Source of the DNA: the human T2T-CHM13v2.0 reference genome, Homo sapiens
Assembly: GCF_009914755.1 (NCBI RefSeq)
Contig: NC_060925.1
Direction: 5' to 3' (one strand)
DNA: 64,000 nt
This document shows, in pieces, positions 40,998 to 55,108 of this stretch (position 1 is its first letter; each line of letters starts with the position of its first letter). The position numbers and the translations under genes were made by a program. Under the pieces are notes generated by a model that saw nothing but the letters and a program-made list of their open reading frames with translations, did no database searches and was not told the DNA's origin.

Positions 40998-41505
40998 TTA
41001 CCCAACTTAACGGTTTCAAGGCAGCTTCATCAGAGTAGAGTTGGTGTTTAACCCCACCATGCTCCAAACCTGAAGACAGAAAATATAGATCCTATATATC
41101 CTATATACACACACAAACACACACCTCCAAAAGACAAAATTGCCAATCTCCACCAACATGGGCTATTAGAGAGACATCCATCTCAGCCCATGAAGATCCT
41201 GCACTGAGGTCCCAGGTCCCTGAACTGTGATCAGTATCTGAGGACCCAGAAAAGTCTCATCAGCACTTCCAGGGGAAAGCAGGGTGTGGGACAAGGCTGG
41301 AAGAAGGCAGCACTCACAGGGGGTGCTAAGCTGTCAGAAGGGGTCAGGGCCAGCTGGAAGGGGCTCTCCAGAGCCAAATCTATAACAATTGGAGCAGAAA
41401 AATAAATAACATGGATTATAGTCCATCAAAAAAAGAAAACTGTAAGTCCATACATATATAATATGAATGATAAATAAATTTAATAAATGAACATATTAGC
41501 AATGT

Positions 41506-42583
41506 TGTTGCAGGAAGTCAGGGACCCCAAACAGAAGGACCGGCTGAAGCCATGGCAGAAGAACGTGGATTGTGAAGATTTTATGGACATTTATTAGTTC
41601 CCCAAATTAATACTTTTGTAATTTCTTATGCCTGTCTTTACTGCAATCTCTAAACATAAATTGTAAAGATTTCATGGACACTTATCACTTCCCCAATCAA
41701 TACCCTTGTGATTTCCTATGCCTGTCTTTAATTTAATCTCTTAATCCTGTCAGTTGAGGAGGAGGTATATCGTCTCAGGACCCTGTAATAATTGCATTAA
41801 CTGCACAAATTGTACAGCATGTATGTTTGTGCAATATGAAATGTGGGCACCCTGAAAAAAGAACAGGATAACAGGAATTGTTCAGGGAATAAGAGAGATA
41901 ACCTTAAACTCTGACTGCCAGTGAGCCGGGCAGAACAGAGCCATATTTCTCTTCTTTCAAAAGCAAATGGGAGAAATATCGCTGAATTCTTTTTCTCAGC
42001 ATGGAACGTCCCTGAGAAAGAGAATGTGCACCTATGGGAAGGTCTCTGAACTGCCCCCCACCCCTCCCTGGGGCATACCTCTCTCTTATGGTCGAGATTG
42101 CACAGGTGAAATAAACTCCAGTCTCCCACAGCACTCCCAGGCTTATTAGGAAGAGGAAATTCCTGCCTAATAAATTTTGGTCAGACCAGTTGATCTCAAA
42201 ACCATGTCTCCTGATAAGATGTTATCAATGACAATGGTGCCTGAAACTTCATTAGCAATTTTAATTTCACCTCGGTCCTGTGGTCCTGTGATCTCGCCCT
42301 GCCTCCACTTGCCTTGTGATATTCTATTACCCTGTAAAGTACTTGATGTCTGTCACCCACACCTATTCGCACACTCCCTCCCCTTTTGAAAATCCCTAAT
42401 AAAAACTTGCTGGTTTTTGCGGCTTGTGGGGTATCACGGATCCTACCAATGTGTGATGTCTCCCCCAGATGCCCAGCTTTAAAATTTCTCTCTTTTGTAC
42501 TCTGTCCCTTTATTTCTCAAGCCAGCCAACGCTTAGGAAAATAGAAAAGAACCTACGTGATTATCGGGGCAGGTCCCCCAATA
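41506..42583 (+). mobile_element. MER11 (A-like) solo LTR of HERV-K11 (HML-8)
   Basis: tgttgcaggaagtcagggacccc...ctaataaaaacttgctgg...aggtcccccaata; TSD caatgt/aaatgt. Confidence 0.93.
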
Positions 42584-42756
42584 AAATGTTAGTAATATTA
42601 TTATTATTTATAAATAAATTTAATAAATATGATTTAATTGGTGGAATAAGCAAAAGTAATAAATACTAATATGATAAGTTTAATAAAGGAAAGTCCTTCC
42701 TTGGGATGGAATGCCTGCTAACTAATGCAGAAAGAATGCCAGAATCAGGAAACCAG

Positions 42757-43422
42757 ATGTTCAGGCACAAGTTTGCTGCAGGGGTAGAGCCCTCACGGAA
42801 AACCTCTGCTAGGGCAGTGCAGAAGGGGAGCCCCTGCACAGAGTCTCCACTGGGGCACTGCCTAGTGGAGCTGTGAGAAGAGGGCCACCATCCTCCAGAC
42901 CCCAGAATGGTAGATCCACTGACAGCTTGCACCATGTGCCTGGAAAAGCCACAGACACCCATCACCAGCCATGAAAACGGATGGAAAGGGGGCTGTACCC
43001 AGCAAAGCCACAGGAGTGGAGCTGCCCAAGGCTGTGGGAGCCCACCTCTTGCATCAGCATGACCTGGATGTGAGACATGAAGTCAAAGGAGATCATTTTG
43101 GAACTTTAAGTTTTAATGATTGTCTTATTGGATTTCAGACTTACATGAGGCCTGTAGTCCCTTTGTTTTAGTCAATTTCTCCTGTTTGGAACAGGTGTAT
43201 TTGCCCAATGCCTGCACCCGCATTGTATCAAGGAAGTAACTAACTTGCTTTTGATTTTTACAGGCTCATAGGTGGAAGGGACTTGCCTTGTCTCGTTGAG
43301 ACTTTGAACTCGGACTTTTGGGTTAATGCTAGAATGAGTTAAGACTCTGGGGAACCATTGGAAGGGCATGATTGTGTTTTGAAATGTGAGGACATGAGAT
43401 TTGGGAGGGGTCAGGAGTGGAA
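42757..43422 (+). mobile_element. THE1-int (MaLR internal) 3' portion ending in a polypurine tract
   Basis: gggcactgcctagtggagctgtgagaagagggccacc...ggacatgagatttgggaggggtcaggagtggaa abutting the LTR. Confidence 0.9.
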
Positions 43423-43806
43423 TGATATGGTTTGGCTGTATCCCCTCACAAATCTCATCTTGAATTGTAGCTCCCATAATCTCCACATGTCATGGGAGGG
43501 ACCTGGTGGGAAATAATTTAATCACGGAGCAGTTACCCTCATGTTGTTCTCATGATAGTGAGTGAGTTCTCATGAGATCTAACGGTTTTATATGGGGCTT
43601 TTCCCCTACTTCGCTCGGCACTTCTCCTTCCTGCCACCATGTGAAGATAAATGGGCAAGACGTGTTCGCTTCCCCTTCCTCCATGATTATAAGTTTCCTG
43701 AGGCCTCCCCAGTCCTGCAGAACTGTGAGTCAGTTAAGTCTCTTTCCTTCATAAATTACTCAGTCTCAAGCACTTCTTTATAGCAGCATGAGAATGGACT
43801 AATACA
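43423..43806 (+). mobile_element. THE1 3' LTR
   Basis: tgatatggtttggctgtatcc...gaatggactaataca. Confidence 0.94.
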
Positions 43807-46764
43807 GGCAGGGAGCCGGAAGGGGTATGCACAGGGCACTTTGGCCAGGCCTGGCAAGGGGCAATGGGATCACTGAGAATGCCCAGGAGTGGTGAGATCA
43901 GCAAACCTCAAAAGAGGGGGGTCTCTGACTTTTCCTCAAAATCTAAGCATGTCCTCCCATCCAACCTTCCAGTCAATAGTTACTGAGCCTTGGGATGCAC
44001 TGAGTCTAGGCACAGTGGAGCTTATGGTCTAAGGGAGAGGCAGGCAATCCATGTGGAATCAAACCAGACAAAATAACTGCACCTGGCTGTATTCTGGCTT
44101 TTCCATGTGGAAGGAGCCACTCTCCACATCTTGCAGCCTCCCCCAACCAGTTCTCAGACGGAGGAAGATTCAGGAGGGCTCCATGCCCTCCCTGCTTCAC
44201 ACCATCACTGTGTCTTCCAGACAATACCACAAGAATTGAGTCCACTTGTCGATTCAAAACCAAGCTTTGATAGCCAGACATGAGCTAACTGCAGGGTTGG
44301 GAGGGGCTGGAGGAGGAGAGCTCTGTGCCCCCATTGGTCCACCTGACTTTGCCATCCTCTGGGGTTCACTAGTTCATCCCATCTGTGGTCTTTGTTTCCC
44401 CCGCAGGACCCTATGAACACCAGTAGAATTCCCTTCCTGTGGTGGGATTAGAAAGCACCAAGCTGGGGGTTCAGGGGACTGTCAAACTGTTCCAGAATGT
44501 TCCATCTGTAGGACGCCCACTACAGCCGCTACCCCTCCTGAGCAGCTTTAATAAACAGATGCCACCATAGGGTCTTCCTGCTCATCCTAACCTCCATGGG
44601 GTAGAAAGAAGATACCTATTTAGCCAGGGCATCTCTAATCTTTGTACCTAATACTTGGAAACCACATATTTGTGGTATCAGCTACTGCAAATACCATGGA
44701 ATGGTTTCAAAGAATCACAGCAGTCTCTGTCACCTACTGAAAATCCCCATGGATTAATTACCCAATTATTAGGATCCCCATTTTAGTGGAAGCCAACTGA
44801 AGCCCAATGATGGTGAACAGGGTGGGGTCAATGACCATGTCACCTCTTCCCCTCACAGCCGCCTTCATGCAGCTCTTTTGGAGCAGGTGTGCAACTCCTG
44901 TGAGCGCTGTTTGCAGGCCTGTCCCCTCCCCTGGACTATGAGCTTCCTGGCGGCTTGGACACCCACCAAGTGCTGCACCTGCAAGGTGCTACAGGCACTG
45001 AGGGGTAAAAGAGAGGCACTGTCCTGTCCTGTCCTGTCCTTGTTTTCAGAGGGCATTATGGTCCAGTCAGGGAGATGGTTGTCCAACAAAACACGCGAAT
45101 ATGTTTATCATTTCAAGTTGCAATTGCAGTTCAAGCAGCCTTGGTGTTGAGAAGGAAATAAGGCAGGCTCTAGAATTCAGACTGTGGCCAGGGAGGGTTG
45201 TGCCTGGAGAAGTATCTGAGCAGGGAAGCCCCACACACTGAGGACTCTGTTGGGGCTCAAGAGGGGACCAAGACATGGTATTTCCTCTCCTTGGCCAAGT
45301 CTGGACCAACTGAAAACAAGATGAAGGAGCAGGCAGGAAGGCAGAACTCTCATTGGCATTCCTAGAAAGCCTGGGCCAAAGGAAATGGCCTCAGAGTGGA
45401 GGGTTCCCAAAGCAGACACTGGTGACCTCCCCATCAAAGGCGAAGGTGGTCCCTGGGAGAACATGAGCAGGGTCTTCCCACAGGAGGCAGGGAGAAGGAA
45501 GGCTGCTCCCTCTCTGCTTCCAAACCCCAGGGTAAGTGTCGCCCCACTCTTGGGCAGGGGCCCTGTGTGAACTGCCTCCCTCCCCTGGAAAGGCCACATC
45601 CAAGCAAAAGCCGTATGCCCCAACTTCCATCTCCAACAGCCTGAGGCTGGCATCCAGGGCAGAAGGGTGAGCATAGCATCCAGGGCAGAAGGAAGGAACA
45701 CCACCTCCCTCCAGGTAGCGCATGGAAGGGGTGAGGGTAGGCTGGCAAGGAACAGAGGCCAGACCCAGCGGGACCAGGCAGCCCTGGGAAGGAGCTGGAC
45801 TGTCATCTCCAGAGCAATGGGAGCCCCCTGCCCCCTTTAAGGCAGAGCTGTCAGGGTCCCAGGTACATCTCGCTGATGTGTAGGGAATGGGTTGGGGGAG
45901 GGGGGTGCAAACAGAAGCAGAGAGAGCATTTGGAGACCGTTCTGTGGCCCAGGACAGTGGTGGTGGTGGCCAGATGGCAGGAGGGAAGCAGGCTGGGCGT
46001 GGACCAGCCTGGCCACTTCATTCCAAGGAGGGCAGCTGTGCATCTTCCCACTGCTATCAGCAGCAGCCCAACACAGTATTTAGAGTGGGGATTAAAGGCA
46101 AGAAAGGAAATCTTCTTAATGATGTGGAGAGCATGAGCACCCCACACCCCAGGCTGGCAGGTGCACAGTGGAAGATTCCAGCAGCTCATCTCACAGGGCT
46201 TTATGCCGCTGGCCACCTTGGGAACAGACCACAAGATTTCTGTCTCACACACAGAGGCCAGAGCCCCATGCAAATCCGAACTGACACTGGAGAGAGAAAT
46301 AAAAGGAAAACTGGTCTTTCTCAGTAAGTATGGCAACACCTCTCAGAGTTGCTTTGGGGAAGACTAAGGAATCTGGAGGGCATTTAGCCCTTACAGTGTA
46401 AAATATCTATTAAATTACTAAAAGGAAAGATTCAGGTTTCTTTGAACCTGAAAGATATAGTAATTACTGAACCAGAACTCACAGCAGGAGATGTTTTATG
46501 GAACCTAATTAGAGCTAAATGGAAGGAGCAAGTCATCACAACTGTGGAGAAGGATACATCACCAAGAACCAAGTGGGCAGAGCAGAAGGGGACAAGAGGT
46601 GGCCATCCAGATGCCCAACACATCCCACACAAGAGGGGCTCTGAGCAGGGCAAGACGAGGGGACAGTGCTGTTCTGGAGCCCCACGTGAGGCCAAGGCTC
46701 CCAAAAGATGCAGGGCTTATGAGTACTCTCCCCTTTGCAGCGTGTCCTCTGAGGGCAGGTCATA

Positions 46765-47040
46765 TGCACCTGCACACGTGCACACACACACACACACCTG
46801 CACATGTGGGTCACAAACACACATGCCTACATATATGCATATGCATGTGTGTGCATGCACACATGTACATACATGGGTGCAAATATGCATGCAAATACAT
46901 ATGCATATATGCACCTGCGCCCATACATGCATGCACGTGTATGCATGCATACACATGCACATGTACCTATACATGTGTATACACAATATACATGCCATAC
47001 ACGCATGCATGCTCACCTGCAAGGGCATGCACACACACAA
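46765..47040 (+). repeat. Degenerate (CA/CATG/TA)n alternating purine-pyrimidine tract
   Basis: Visible directly in the sequence. Confidence 0.9.
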
Positions 47041-47854
47041 ATAGCTCCTCTCTTTTTCAAGTGGTTACAGGGAACACAGCTCTCTGTCTTTCTGAGGCAG
47101 CAACCAGAACTCTTGGGGTCCTGCTCACCACCAGCAGAAACACAGAAATGAACAGATGGTTGCCTCTGTTCCGTGGTGCCTTGAGCCCTCTGCTGTGAGC
47201 TAGACTAGGGTTTTGTATCAGCAGATCCCAGAAGAAACCAGAACAAAGCAAAACCCCCTTCACCCCAAGCCAGACAAAAATAATAGGCCTTCACCTGCAT
47301 TTTCTAGCAAACCAAGCCTGAGGCAAGGATTCAAGGGCTGAGATTTTATTCATAAGGTACAAACCACAAACCCAGGCTAGCCAGGGTGAGGGAGGGAGAG
47401 GAGGGGCAAAGGTGTGTGCTGCCCTACAGGGTGCTGCACCACAACCTGCCGCCAGCCCTGCAGGTGCCCAGCACATAGCACTGCTCTGACCAAGCTACAA
47501 GGAGAAACTCAGCTCCCAGGGATTCAGTGCTAAGGAGCGAGGAGGAGGAACTTGTCAGCCCTCAGGGCTCTGAACCCCAACATCTTGTAAAGAATGTCAC
47601 ATCCCACGCCCTGAGGTGGTGGGTTTTGTCTCAGGTCAGAGTGGTGGAAGGATCCAGAACTCTCCCGCAAATATCTGGTCAGCCTGGTTGGTGACAGCAA
47701 CCAAAGGGGAGCCCCACTTCCAAGGCCAGTGACCAGCTGTCCCCAAAGATGGCAGCACCATCCAGAGCTGGTAAATATCACTGAGGGAATCCAAGATTTG
47801 TGTGCAATACAAATAGTCAACCCAAAACATGTATGAGCCCTCTCTGCACAGCAT

Positions 47855-48920
47855 ATCACCAGGGCTCAGTCACTACCAGGGTTTAATCACCATCAGGGCT
47901 CAGTCACCACCAGGGCTCAGTCACTACCAGGGTTCAGCCAGCACCAGGGCTCAGTCACTACCAGGGCTCAGTCAGCACCAAGGCTCAGTCACTACCAGGG
48001 CTCAGTCACCATGAGGGCTCAGTCACCACGAGGGCTCAGATGCCACCAGGGCTCAGTCACCATGAAAGCTCAGTTGCCACAAGGGCTCAGTCACCATGAG
48101 GCCTCAGTTACCACTAGGATTCAGTCAGCATCAGGTTTCAGTCAGCACCAGGGCTCAGTCACCACTAGGGTTCAGTCAGCACCAGGGCTCAGTCAACATG
48201 AAGGCTCAGTCACCACAATGGCTCAGTCACCACCAGGGCTCAGTCACCACTAGGGTTCAGTCAGCACCAGGGCTCAGTCACCATGAGGGCTCAGTCACCA
48301 CTAGGGTTCAGTCAGCACCAGGGCCCAGTAACCACCAGGGCTCAGTTCCACAAAGGCTCAGTCACCACAAGAGCTCAGCTGCCACCAGGGCTTAGTCACA
48401 ACCAGGACTCAGCCACCACCAGGGCTCAGTCATTATTAGGGCTCAGTCACCATCAGGGCTCAGTCACCACCAGGGCTTAATCACTACCAGGACCCAGTCA
48501 TCAGCAGGGCTGAATCACTATGACAGCTCAGTTACCACCAGAGTTCAGTCACCACCAGGCCTCAGTTGCTACCAGGGCTCAGTCACCACGAGGGCTCAGT
48601 CACCACCAGGGCTCAGTCACCACCAGGGGTTAATCACTACCAGGACCCAATCATCACCAGGGCTGAATCACTATGACAGCTCAGTTACCACAAGAGTTCA
48701 GTCACCACCAGGCCTCAGTTGCTACCAGGGCTCAGTCACCACGAGGGCTCAGTCACCACCAGGGCTCAGTCACCAGTAGGGCTCAGTCACCACCAGGGCT
48801 CAGTTATTACCAGGGCTTAGTCACTATCAGAACTCAGTCACAACGAGGACTTAGTCACCAACAGGGCTCAGTTACCACCAGAGCTCAGTCACCACCAGGG
48901 CTCAGTTGCCACCAGGGCTC
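47855..48920 (+). repeat. 17-bp minisatellite/VNTR, consensus CAGGGCTCAGTCACCAC, ~62 units
   Basis: Strict 17-nt period over ~1.07 kb; the ORFs show the expected 17-aa (51-nt) period. Confidence 0.97.
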
Positions 48921-49404
48921 CCAATCCACACTCAGGCACTCAGGAAGGTGGTCCATGCTCTCAGGGAGCCATTGCCAGGCTGGAAGCTCCCGACTCCATG
49001 CAGAGACAACAAGGTACACTCAGCCACATGTCACCACTATGGGACCTTTTCTGATGCCCCTCCTCTGTGGCCCCTCTGCAAGTCTCACTTAGGCCACCTG
49101 GCCCCTATCCTGGCTGCCCCTCCCCGACAGAGTCTGTCTTCAAGCATCTGACTATTCCTGGAGACCAGCACTTTGTAGACGCTCAGGAAAATAAGTGAGA
49201 GGAAGCGAGCAGAGGAATGACAGGTGGAGGAAGGAAGATTATTGGAGTGTAAATGATCACAGGTTTTCTAGGAGACACAAGGCAGGGAGCGGGAGACATA
49301 GCACAATGACAGCCCTGTTCCTGGCTGAGCCTCGGAGGTTTGCCTTGTGCTGAGGTTTCAGCTAAACTGAAGCCTTTCCTCCACTAGGGCCCCGTGAACC
49401 AAAA

Positions 49405-49540
49405 AAATCACTTGCATTAGAAACTGCTGGGTCAATTTGCTAAATATGCAGATTCCCAGGCCCTGCAGATTCTAAATTTACTGGAGTGGCCCAGGAAGCC
49501 GTCTCTCCCAGGGGATCTTGAACTCGAAATTCTGAAAGCT
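49405..49540. mobile_element. MER5-like hAT-Charlie fragment
   Basis: tgctaaatatgcagattcccaggccc...gattct...ggcccaggaa. Confidence 0.55.
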
Positions 49541-51279
49541 CAGCCCCAGCCCCTTGCTCCCTACTCAGAGACCACAGAAAAAGAATCTAGAGTCCCGTTT
49601 CTTCCTTCAAGAGAAAAGGTTCATTAAGAGTCACAAAAGTGAAATCCATAAAGACTGGGATTGTTTTCAATAGAGAAATTAAATTAAACAAGAAAAGTCA
49701 TAAGCTTGAAGCTCAGCCAGGGGTGAGGAGGAAATTGCCAGAACTTGCCTGTGGTTCATGGGGTCAGCTCGTTTGGTGAACTTGCCCCTGCTGACCGAGG
49801 CGTGGACAGGGAGGACGCTTGCCTTGCACGCAGAACACTGTGCAGGTGTGCAGGGCCGACCCTCAGACTTCACACCCGGCATTAGGCAAGGTGGGCTCCA
49901 TCCAGGAAGTCTAGAAAGTGAGGTACTGGGGACAGCATCTATTATTTCCATAAAATAGAAACTGCCGCCTGGAAATGCAGGGAGGGGACCTGGGGACTAA
50001 CCCAGGTGAGATCTGCAACACGGCGCCAGGACCAGGACAGCAAAGGAGAGCAGCCATGAGAACCAGGAATATGGCCTGCTTGAACCACATTTCAAGCCCA
50101 GGAAGGTGCAACTACAGCTGGCTTCAAGAGTCGGCTTGATGTGCTTCCCTTTCCTAACAGCTGCCTCTAATGGGTATCTGACTTGGAGAGAGAGTTTCCT
50201 CCAGGCTTTCCTGCTGAACACACGTCCTCCTAGCCCACCTGAGCTGCCAGCATCAGGCAGGGGCTTCACTTTTATTGAAAAGCTCAGTTTCCACCAGCGG
50301 TGGATTTTCAAGCCACAATTAGCAGGAAATAATCCAGTGAATGCAGAAAGGTTCCTCTCTCTGTCAGAAAATGGTAAAACTCAAACGAAAGGTTTAGGAG
50401 GTCCACTGGGAGCACAGCTGATGGGGAGAGAGGAGGTGGAGGGCTGGAGATCCTGCTGAGTCTTGGACAGGCCTCCCAGGGCTCACTTTCCCCTGCAGGG
50501 CCAGCAGTGGCCTAGGAGAGCCCGATGAGGTCAGAAGGGGCCTGATCCCTTTGCAGCTGCAGAACAAACAGTGCCTGTGTTGGGTGGCTGCCAGTGAACC
50601 AAGGGCACGGGCATCCCGAGGGGCTCCGCCGAGTCCAGCTCTACACTCCTTTCCCAGCTGCCCAGAGCCAGGACTGACCTTCACATATAGAGGCCACGCC
50701 AGGCTCCCTTCCCAGGGAACTATGCGTAAGCCCTTTGTTCTCTGGGGCTTGAGGAATGCAGCCCTCTGCAGACACTGAGTGTCAGGCAGGGCCCTGCCAG
50801 GCAACATGGTAGGGAGGCCTCTTCTCTCCCTGCAGCCAACCGTGGCCCTGGGTGGCCGTGGCCAGTTGTCCACGGACCAGGCAGCAGTTGGAAGTCCATG
50901 GAAACAAGCACCTTCGGGCCGTGTCACCTCATAGTATATTCAAATCCTGTGTCTCCAGAGCCCAGAACCACAGATCCCCAACCTCCAGCAGGTCCCAACA
51001 ATCCTCAGGCCGGCTCCCCCGGAGCCTCAGAATTCAGGGAGAAGAGCCAGGCAGCGGATGCGGGCGCCTGCCACAGGGTGGGCAGTCTCTCTGCACTTGC
51101 TACCACCGCTGATGGCAACATCCCAGGGTCTGGGTTTGCCCCACACAGCTTCTCAACAAAAAGACACAACTCGGCAAGCATGGGAAAATGGGAGTCCAGG
51201 GCTTAGGTAGGCCCCCTAAGGGTAGGGTGACCACACAATGTATCACCCAAACAGGGACCATTAAAAATCAAAGGGAAGG

Positions 51280-52119
<840 letters not shown>

Positions 52120-53358
52120 GAATCAAAGTGGATATGCCAAAGTATGGCAGATGCTGACTAGGAGAGAACAGCAGGACAGCAGGTGTAACCCAGACCGTCC
52201 CAGCAGACACGGTGCGTGGTGACCTGACTATGAGGAGGGGTGGCCCAGGGACCCAAGTTTGTCTAGAAGCTGCATGCATCCTTGTCACAGCCCCAGGCCC
52301 CAGCCCAGCAGGTGAGGTGGGGAATGCACCCGGGGCTGCCCAGAGGCTCCACCAGACAGAGAGCAACGGACCCAGACCCCCAAGATGCTGGGAGCAGCCA
52401 TTTCCAGGTGGATCCACACAGCCCCCAGGAAGAAGGGGGTGGGCCCAGTGGGATCACTAGCAGGCCTGAGGCACAAGAGCCTTTGGGAGGAAGCACAGCT
52501 GGATGGAAACTTTTTTTCACGCCTATGAAATAACAAGTAGGAGAAGAATGGAAGGCTGCTGGCCAAGGTGCCTCTTCTTGGAGCTGGTGAGAACACCCAG
52601 CCGCCAGCCCTCAGCCTTCCACGTTCAGCCAAAGCCAGCTGGGCTGACAGTGGTCAACTCTGACTTAGCAAATGAGGCTTTTTAAATGCACCTGTGTGAG
52701 AAGCCCCACTATCCCCAGCATCCCCAGGTTAGGTGAAAGGAGGTCTTGCCTGTGAGAACAAAGCCCAACTCTCCTTCCTGCCCCTCTCCTACCAGGAATC
52801 CTATCTTTGGAAAGACCCTTCTCTCCACAAAAAAAAAAAAAAAAAAAAGAAAGCAGCAATGTATCTGAGGGTACTTGGAATCTCCATTCACTCCCCCTCC
52901 CAGGGCTGCAACTCAAAAACATTTCCAAGAGACGCCAGGGCAGGAGGGACACTCTCTCCCTCTTAGGCCATCTGAGGCATGCTAATTGATGCTGAAATCA
53001 AGTTCCTAGAAGTAATTACAGCATGTGCTGGACAGAGACAACATGGGAACATTTTTAAATAGGAGACGTTCAATGCATCGGGGGAATTACAAGTCAGCAC
53101 AGAGACGGGCCAGGGAGAGACTTCAAAGGAATGATCCCGAGAGGCCACAGGAGTGGCATGGACTAGATGGGCAAGGTCCATGTGCCAGCAACACCCATTA
53201 CTTAAAAAGCAAATGTCCCCCCCACCCCCCACCACAAGGGAAGAGGAAAAAAAATCCAACACTTCTCTCTTCTGTTCTGTATCTGCTTTCCTTGTACATT
53301 CAAGAAAACCCTAGGGGAAAAAAAATTGTATTCCTTGTATTCGCCCCATGGGAGTCAA

Positions 53359-53840
53359 TGGGAGGCTGAACGATGACACAAAAAGATATGTTCATGTCGT
53401 AACCCCAGAACCTGTGAATGTTTAGGAAACATTCACACGTTGTTTGGGGAAACCTTATTTGGGAAAAGGTCTTTGCAGATGAAGTTCGAAATGAAGGATC
53501 TTGAGGTAAGATCATCCTGGACTCTCCGAATGAACCCTAAATCCAATGACAAGTGTCTGTGTAAGAGACACACACATAGAGACATGGGGAGAAGAGGAAA
53601 TGCCACATGAAGATGGAGGCAGAGATCGGATGATGTGGCCACAAGCCAAGAACACCTGGGGCCATCAGAAGCCAAAAGAGACAAGGAGGAGTCCTCCCCA
53701 GAGCCTCTGGAGGGAGCACAGCCCTGGTGGTTTCTTAATTTCCTACTTCTACTCTCCAGAAGCATGAGAGAATAAGCTTCTGTTGCTTTAAGTCATGCAG
53801 ATTGTAGTCATTTGTGATGACAGCCCTGGGGAACTAGTGC
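53359..53840 (+). mobile_element. MLT1C-like MaLR solo LTR
   Basis: accttatttgggaaaaggtctttgcagatg...ccctaaatccaatgacaagtgtc...atgaagatggaggcagagat. Confidence 0.88.
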
Positions 53841-54724
53841 CCAGGGAGCCTGACTTTTCCAGATCCGACCCCGGCCCTCACCTGCTCGGGCACCTACAGA
53901 CCAGATTCCTCAGGAGGTCTCCAGGGCTTCTGTGGCCTGGCCCCTGTGTGGCTGCAGTGAAGTTAGCTCTCCCCAGCCTCACTGCCCTCACCACTCTCCA
54001 CAAGCCGGGGTGCCCGTAGAGGGGGCAGAGTCTGGGCCCCTTCAGGGAGGCTCCTGGATCTTGAGACTGTGAGGCAGGTCTCTCGTGCAAAAGGTGGATG
54101 CTGAGTTTGCAGGTGACTCTGTACTGGATGAGCTGTGGTTTTGGCCCCCCACCCTCAAGGCCTGGTCTGGCCCCATGTCTGAATAATCTGGGGTTAGGGG
54201 AGGGAGGTGGTAGCTGACAACAGCTCTGTGGCCAGTCTCAGTGGATCACAGAGTCATCCCCCTGGAACAAAGCCACCAGGGCTACAGCGACACTACCTAC
54301 CCTTGGCTGACCCCATGGGCTGCACTACTGAGCCTGTGAGAGTTGGGTCTAGCCAGCAGCTTCCTGCCCACAGCAGCTTCCTGATGAGCCCAGCTCCCCA
54401 CGAGCTCAGCCCATGACGCTTTTCTGCAGAATGGCAGAGGCCCAGCCACAGTGCTGATGCATATGAGGGGCAGCCCCTCCTGAGACCCTCTCTGCCCACA
54501 GCTAGCCTCCAAGTACCAGTGGCCAGAAGATTTGGGCCTCAGCTAGGTGAGGCCATGGCCATGGGCTGCCCCTTGTGTGCTGCCCTGGGGAACTCTCTTG
54601 TCTTGCCCAAGAAGTGGGCAGAGGGGAGAACATGGGAGGCAGCAGTCAGCAGTTGCTACTCATATGACTCTGAGCCCCCACACAGCCCCAAAATGCAGCC
54701 TGCCCCCATCACTGCAGCAGAACA

Positions 54725-54960
54725 GCGTGACGTAGTTGTGAGCAGCTCACACACCAGGTCTGAATCCTGGCTCAGCCACTTACCAGCTGTGTGACCTTGG
54801 GTAAGTTACCTGCCCTCTTTGTGCCCCAGTTTCCTCATCTATAAGTTGAGAATGAAAGTGATAATAATACGTATCTCACAGGGTTGTTGTGGCAGTGAGT
54901 TAATATTTATAAAGTACATGAGTCAGTGCCAAGCACCTAGTAAGCCACATAAATGTTTGT
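54725..54960 (+). mobile_element. MIR SINE (well preserved)
   Basis: gaatcctggctcagccacttaccagctgtgtgaccttgggtaagttac...cagtttcctcatctataa. Confidence 0.92.
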
Positions 54961-55108
54961 GAAGTTAGAAATAAATAAATAAGCTCGCTGTGAGCTCAGC
55001 TTCTCCATCTACAAAATCAGAGAATTATCCTGAGGAGCACATGAAATGAGGTATGTCAGCTATTAAGCACAATCCCTAGAACACAACCCTCAGTAAAGAG
55101 TAGCTACA

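Noticed and set aside
47829-49092. HQGSVTTRAQSPPGLSH repeat protein
   Set aside because: Arithmetic consequence of a 17-nt period; frames are broken by frequent stops
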